DNA from: Kiritimatiellia bacterium
Lineage (GTDB): Bacteria; Verrucomicrobiota; Kiritimatiellia; JAAZAB01
NCBI GenBank assembly: GCA_041653875.1
Contig: JBAZEM010000017.1
Coordinates: 10 to 64,009, forward strand
Length of the DNA: 64,000 bases
Reading direction: 5' to 3'
The translations under genes and the position numbers were made by a program. Shown piece by piece: positions 60,020-64,000 of this stretch (its first letter is position 1; every line of letters starts with the position of its first letter). Under the pieces are notes generated by a model. That model was not told where the DNA came from and did no database searches. It worked only from the letters and a program-made list of their open reading frames with translations.

Positions 60020-60263
60020 CTCAGGTAGTCAGGAGTCAGAATTCAGGATACAGAATAAAATACGTAAGAATCGGAAGAACGCGACAGACATTCCGCCAAG
60101 GCCTTGTGTTTAGCGCCGATTCTCTTCGTATTCGCTGGCCTATACGGGTTCCTTATTCTGACTACCTGCCCGCAGTGCTACCCCGCCTGCAACGCTGTGC
60201 GTAGCACTGCGGGCAGGGCACAGCGTTGCAGGCGGGCTGACTCCTGAATTCTGACTCCTGAGC
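60020..60263. repeat. Compound structured element: GTCAGGA-word inverted arms plus nested inverted repeats and an interleaved A-B-A'-B' palindrome
   Basis: Outer arms ctcaggtagtcaggagtcagaattcagga (60020-60047) and gctgactcctgaattctgactcctgagc (60236-60263). Inner IR aatacgtaagaatcgg / ccgattctcttcgtatt. Core 60166-60236: A ctgcccgcagtgctac, B cccgcctgcaacgctgtgc, A' gtagcactgcgggcag, B' gcacagcgttgcaggcggg. Confidence 0.7.
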
Positions 60264-60433
60264 AGTTACCTTTTGACAAATGCAAGGGTTCTTGGTTCAC
60301 CGTTCACGGTTCAACGGTTGGAAGACAGCCGATTGCGGAAAACAAGGCGCCCCGATGAAGTCCACGCGTAGCGCTCTGGTGAAGTGTGGCAACCGCTGAA
60401 CCGTGAACCCTTGAACCTTGCCCGGAATTATTT

Positions 60434-60889
60434 ATGACTGAACCCCTGTTCCAGATCGGCGCGGAAGGCGTGGATGTCGAGCGCCTTATGGCCGAGATCC
60501 GGGCCGCCGTGGCGCGTAAGATGGAGCGCGGCGCCTACCGCGATGTGGCCCTCGCCCAGGCGGAGCGAACCAACCTGGCCAATCTCCAGGACGACGAAAC
60601 GTTCTTGCGGTATTATTTGGACTGCCTGCGCAATGCGGTCTTTATCGACATTAACGATTTCGAAATCCGCGAGCGGCGCCGGCTGGGCGCCGGCCTGCTG
60701 GTGGGCCTTAAAAAGACCCTCTGGAAACTGCTGAAGTTTTATACCTACCGGCTCTGGTCCCAGCAGAACCAGGTTAACGGCCTGCTGGTCACGGCCCTCG
60801 AAGGGTTGGACGAGAAATATCGCGGCCGGCTCCGCGATCTCGAACGCCGTCTGGCGGCCCTCGAGAAGGAAAAATCCAAGGCAGGCTGA
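60434..60889 (+). CDS. Hypothetical protein, coiled-coil C-terminus
   Basis: 151-aa ORF with no recognisable motif; precedes GT4 genes. Confidence 0.3.
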   Translation: MTEPLFQIGAEGVDVERLMAEIRAAVARKMERGAYRDVALAQAERTNLANLQDDETFLRYYLDCLRNAVFIDINDFEIRERRRLGAGLLVGLKKTLWKLLKFYTYRLWSQQNQVNGLLVTALEGLDEKYRGRLRDLERRLAALEKEKSKAG

Positions 60890-61059
60890 CGTCCAATATC
60901 CAACAAGGAATATCCGACCGCCAAGGGTCATCGCAGGCATTGTGCGAATGAGGTTTCTCCTTTCTTCCTTTATGATTGGTTGTTGAGTGTTGGATATTGG
61001 ATATTCAGGCTGTAAACATACACGCAACAACGTGTATCTTTACGGAAAGGTGTTGGAAC

Positions 61060-62292
61060 ATGCCGATTCTTGAACGCATCGCCTTCGTCTGCCCGCGTTT
61101 TGCCGAAGGCGCCACAGTAGGCGGCGCGGAAACACTCCTGAAGGCGCTCGCCCGGCAGGCCGTCGCCGCCGGACACCGCGTCACCTTCCTGACCACCTGC
61201 GCCAAAAATCATTTCACCTGGGCCAACGAACTCCCGCCCGGCCCGCGCCGAATCGGCGACCTGGACGTTATTTTTTTTCCCGTGGATGCCGACCGTGACA
61301 CGCAAGCGTTTTTGCGCGTTCAGGAGGCCATCAGCCGCCGGAGTCATTTCACGGAAGCCGACGAGCAGACTTGGTTGAGGAACAGCGTCAACAGCCGCGC
61401 CTTGTGCGATTATTTGCGGGAGCATGGCGGCGAATTCGACTGGGTCGTGATGGGGCCCTACCTGTTCGGGCTGGTGTATTTCGCCAGCCGCCTGGCGAGC
61501 GCCAAAACATTGCTGGTCCCCTGTCTGCACGACGAAGGCTTTGCCTATACCCGCGCCTTCCGCGAAATGTTCCGGAGCGTCGCCGGCTGTCTGTTCAATT
61601 CCGAGCCGGAACGCGCCCTGGCCCGCCGGCTGTACGACCTGCCGGAATCCGCCGGCGCGGTCGTGGGCATGGGACTGGATCCGTTCGAGGCCGCGCCCGA
61701 TGTCTTCGCTCGCAATCACGGGATTACGGCGCCTTACGTGATCTATGCCGGAAGGCGCGAAGAAGGCAAAGGCACCCCGCTCCTGCTGGATTATATGACG
61801 ATCTTCCGCCGGCGCACAGGCAAGGACGTCAAGCTGGTGCTGGCCGGCACGGGGGAGTTCACGCCGCCCGCCGAGTTGCGTCCGCACCTGCTGGATGTCG
61901 GGTTTCTTTCGGAAGCGGAAAAGCACGCGGCCCTGGCCGGGGCGGTGGCGTTCTGTCATCCATCCGTCAACGAAAGCTTTGGCATTGTCATCCTGGAATC
62001 CTGGCTGGCCCGCACGCCCGTGCTGGTGCATGCGCGCTGTCCGGTCAACCGGGATCATTGCCGGAAAAGCAACGGCGGCCTTTGGTTCCGGGTATATCCG
62101 GAATTCGAGGAAGAGCTGCTCGCGCTCCTCCAGCAGGAAAGTCTGCGCCGCGCCATGGGCTCTGCCGGCCAAGCCTATGTTCTGCGCGAATACGCCTGGA
62201 GCGCCATCGATCGTAAATTTCAGGACGCCCTGCGGCAGTTTGCCGCCCGTTTAACACAGGAGTCAGAAGTCAGGAGTCAGAAGTCAGAATGA
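61060..62292 (+). CDS. Family 4 (GT-B) glycosyltransferase
   Basis: Start MPILERIAFVCP; C-terminal E-x7-E-like region (FCHPSVNESFGIVILESWLARTPVLV). Confidence 0.75.
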   Translation: MPILERIAFVCPRFAEGATVGGAETLLKALARQAVAAGHRVTFLTTCAKNHFTWANELPPGPRRIGDLDVIFFPVDADRDTQAFLRVQEAISRRSHFTEADEQTWLRNSVNSRALCDYLREHGGEFDWVVMGPYLFGLVYFASRLASAKTLLVPCLHDEGFAYTRAFREMFRSVAGCLFNSEPERALARRLYDLPESAGAVVGMGLDPFEAAPDVFARNHGITAPYVIYAGRREEGKGTPLLLDYMTIFRRRTGKDVKLVLAGTGEFTPPAELRPHLLDVGFLSEAEKHAALAGAVAFCHPSVNESFGIVILESWLARTPVLVHARCPVNRDHCRKSNGGLWFRVYPEFEEELLALLQQESLRRAMGSAGQAYVLREYAWSAIDRKFQDALRQFAARLTQESEVRSQKSE

Positions 62293-62294
62293 GG
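62255..62294. repeat. GTCAGAA/GTCAGGA tandem-word array (single arm) at GT4-GT4 junction
   Basis: cacaggagtcagaagtcaggagtcagaagtcagaatgagg. Encodes the upstream protein tail QESEVRSQKSE and contains the downstream ATG. Confidence 0.65.
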
Positions 62295-63374
62295 AAAGCC
62301 ATTCACCAGTTTGTCGCCGGGTTCACCGCCGGCGACGCCATCAGCAACGAGGCCCTGACCCTGCGCGCGCTTTTCCGCCGCTGGGGCTATGCCGCCGAGA
62401 TTTTCTGCGAGCCTGTCCACACCGGCCCCGTCTTGCGCCAGGAGGCCCGCGATGCCGCCCGCGCCGCCGAGGTCATGGGACCGGACGATATCGCGCTCCT
62501 GCATCTCTCGATCGGATCGAACGTGAACGATATTTTCGAGGGCCTGGCCTGCCGCAAAGTCCTGCGCTATCACAATATAACGCCCGCTCATTTTTTCCGC
62601 GGCCTGCAGGAGGAACTTGCGCGCGATCTGGCCTGGGGCCGGGAACAGGCCCGCACCCTGGCAAAAACGGCCGCGGTCAACCTGGCCGACAGCCAATTCA
62701 ACGCCCGCGAACTGATCGACCTGGGATATCCGGATGCGCAGGTTTTGCCGCTCGTGCTGGATTTCGGCGCGATCGACACACGCGCCGACCGGCGCGTGCT
62801 CCGCGCGCTCCGGGACGACCGCATCAACATCCTTTTTGTGGGGCGCTGCGCGCCGAATAAATGCCTCGAGGATGCGCTCAACGCGTTCGGCTATTTTCAG
62901 AAAACCGTGGAGCCGAACGCGCGCTTTATTCACGTCGGCTCATCCGCGGGCCTGGAACGCTACCAGGCCTTGCTGAACGTTTATGCCCGCAACCTCCGCC
63001 TCAACCAGGTGGTCTTTGCCGGCGCGGTGCCGCAGAGCGAATTGACCGCCTATTACGAGGCCGCCCATCTGTTTCTGTGCATGAGCGCGCACGAGGGCTT
63101 TTGCATCCCGCTCATCGAAAGCATGGCGCATAATCTGCCGGTCCTTGCCTTTGCCGCCGGCGCGGTGCCGGAGACGCTTGACGGCGCCGGAGTCCTGGTC
63201 CGGGAAAAACGCTGGGATTATATCGCCGAAATGATGGGCCAACTCACGCGCCGCGGGCCGTTGCGCGAAGCCGTGTTGCGCGGCCAGCAAAAACGCCTGG
63301 AGCGCTACCAAAAACGCAGCTTGGAAGCCGAACTGAAGGAATACCTTGCGCCGCTCTTAAGAAATGCGGAATGA
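62289..63374 (+). CDS. Family 4 (GT-B) glycosyltransferase
   Basis: CMSAHEGFCIPLIESMAHNLPVLA GT1/GT4 C-terminal motif; ATG lies inside the GTCAGAA repeat array. Confidence 0.75.
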   Translation: MRKAIHQFVAGFTAGDAISNEALTLRALFRRWGYAAEIFCEPVHTGPVLRQEARDAARAAEVMGPDDIALLHLSIGSNVNDIFEGLACRKVLRYHNITPAHFFRGLQEELARDLAWGREQARTLAKTAAVNLADSQFNARELIDLGYPDAQVLPLVLDFGAIDTRADRRVLRALRDDRINILFVGRCAPNKCLEDALNAFGYFQKTVEPNARFIHVGSSAGLERYQALLNVYARNLRLNQVVFAGAVPQSELTAYYEAAHLFLCMSAHEGFCIPLIESMAHNLPVLAFAAGAVPETLDGAGVLVREKRWDYIAEMMGQLTRRGPLREAVLRGQQKRLERYQKRSLEAELKEYLAPLLRNAE

Positions 63375-63546
63375 AAAATGCAGAATGAAGAATGCATAAA
63401 AATTAGATTAGGCCGCCCAAGACGGCAACTGTTTCATGTAGCCGCGGCGGTGACGCCGTGGCCGCCTGCGGTTTGAAATTCATATAAATCGACGTTGCTT
63501 TAATTCTGCATTCTTCATTCTACATTCTGCATTCTGCATTTCTTCC
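63361..63546. repeat. Hairpin cassette: AATGCAG-word arms between convergent GT4 gene and hypothetical gene
   Basis: Arm1 gaaatgcggaatgaaaaatgcagaatgaagaatgcat (encodes RNAE-stop). Arm2 ttaattctgcattcttcattctacattctgcattctgcatttcttcc. ~100-nt loop. Confidence 0.75.
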
Positions 63547-63879
63547 TCAGGCCATCGGCTGGGTGTCGCTGAATGACGGATCTTCCATGGTCTTCAGGAT
63601 CGCTTCCGTCCGATCCAACGCCTTGCGGATCGCGGCCACTTCCTGCCAAAGCGCTTGCAGGCTCTGGGAGGTAATGGCATGGCGCTTCTCCAAAAACCGG
63701 CGCCGGAACTGCAATTCGTCGTTTGCCTGCGTGAGCGCATTGATCTGCTCGTGCGCATCGGCCAGGACGTCGGAAATCTCGGGGAATTCGCGTTCCACCT
63801 CCTGCCCGGCAACCGCCGCTGTGGCGGGCTCCGGTGCGGTCGCAAGGTCGGCGGCTCTTTCACCGCCGGTAAACGGCAC
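63547..63879 (-). CDS. Hypothetical coiled-coil protein
   Basis: 110-aa ORF; no motif; ends at the hairpin cassette. Confidence 0.3.
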   Translation of the reverse strand: MPFTGGERAADLATAPEPATAAVAGQEVEREFPEISDVLADAHEQINALTQANDELQFRRRFLEKRHAITSQSLQALWQEVAAIRKALDRTEAILKTMEDPSFSDTQPMA

Positions 63880-64000
63880 CTGCTGCTCGTGTCGCGGCCG
63901 GTTAAAAGTGGATGATTTTGGCCGGAATGAAAGTGGATGACCGATTGGTAAAAAAGGCCGACGGGAAGGTGTCCGTCGGCCCTTTTCTGTTTTTGGGAGC

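Noticed and set aside
53795-63546. Tandem short repeats as a CRISPR array
   Set aside because: The units are 7-10 nt with no spacers of unique sequence. The arrays are 25-45 nt long and occur as inverted pairs at gene junctions. They are not a repeat-spacer architecture, and no cas1/cas2 are present.

Overview
High-GC (~60-65%) bacterial chromosomal segment. Dispersed four-helix-bundle genes, RNase Y, class II RNR and LpxI together hint at a Gram-negative PVC-like lineage; that is weak inference. Housekeeping genes are dense and mostly on the minus strand: dxs, xseAB, rny, 5-FCL ligase, rarA, pheST, nrdJ, der, dnaG, rlmB and a complete trpEGDCFBA operon. A plus-strand lipid A / glycosylation cluster follows: lpxI, a gnnA-like gene, lpxB, GT2, a DegT aminotransferase, Gfo/Idh/MocA, nagB and two GT4s. 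One tRNA-Ser(GCU) is present. Accessory islets are: a VapBC pair; an AT-rich HicAB cassette with an unknown 145-aa ORF; a low-GC membrane protein plus HTH_34 regulator pair; and a ~7.7 kb defense island. The island holds a Cas4-like PD-(D/E)XK nuclease, a four-helix-bundle/suffix protein, a pRiA4b-ORF3-like protein, McrBC with a long unclassified McrB N-terminus, and a YhcG/DUF1016 nuclease. The most unusual signal is architectural. Almost every intercistronic spacer carries a pair of inverted arrays of short tandem repeats (7-10 nt words, several unrelated word families). Each pair predicts a 25-45 bp hairpin around a 35-370 nt loop. Several arrays encode the C-terminal tails of the upstream proteins. 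One cassette encloses a four-helix-bundle (23S rRNA IVS protein) gene inside the trp operon. Another encloses a 365-bp AT-rich insert between trpB and trpA. A second, GC-rich hairpin-mosaic repeat family fills larger intergenic regions. Coordinates of repeats are hand-counted and may be off by a few bases. Start codons are approximate because the ORF track appears to use alternative starts.
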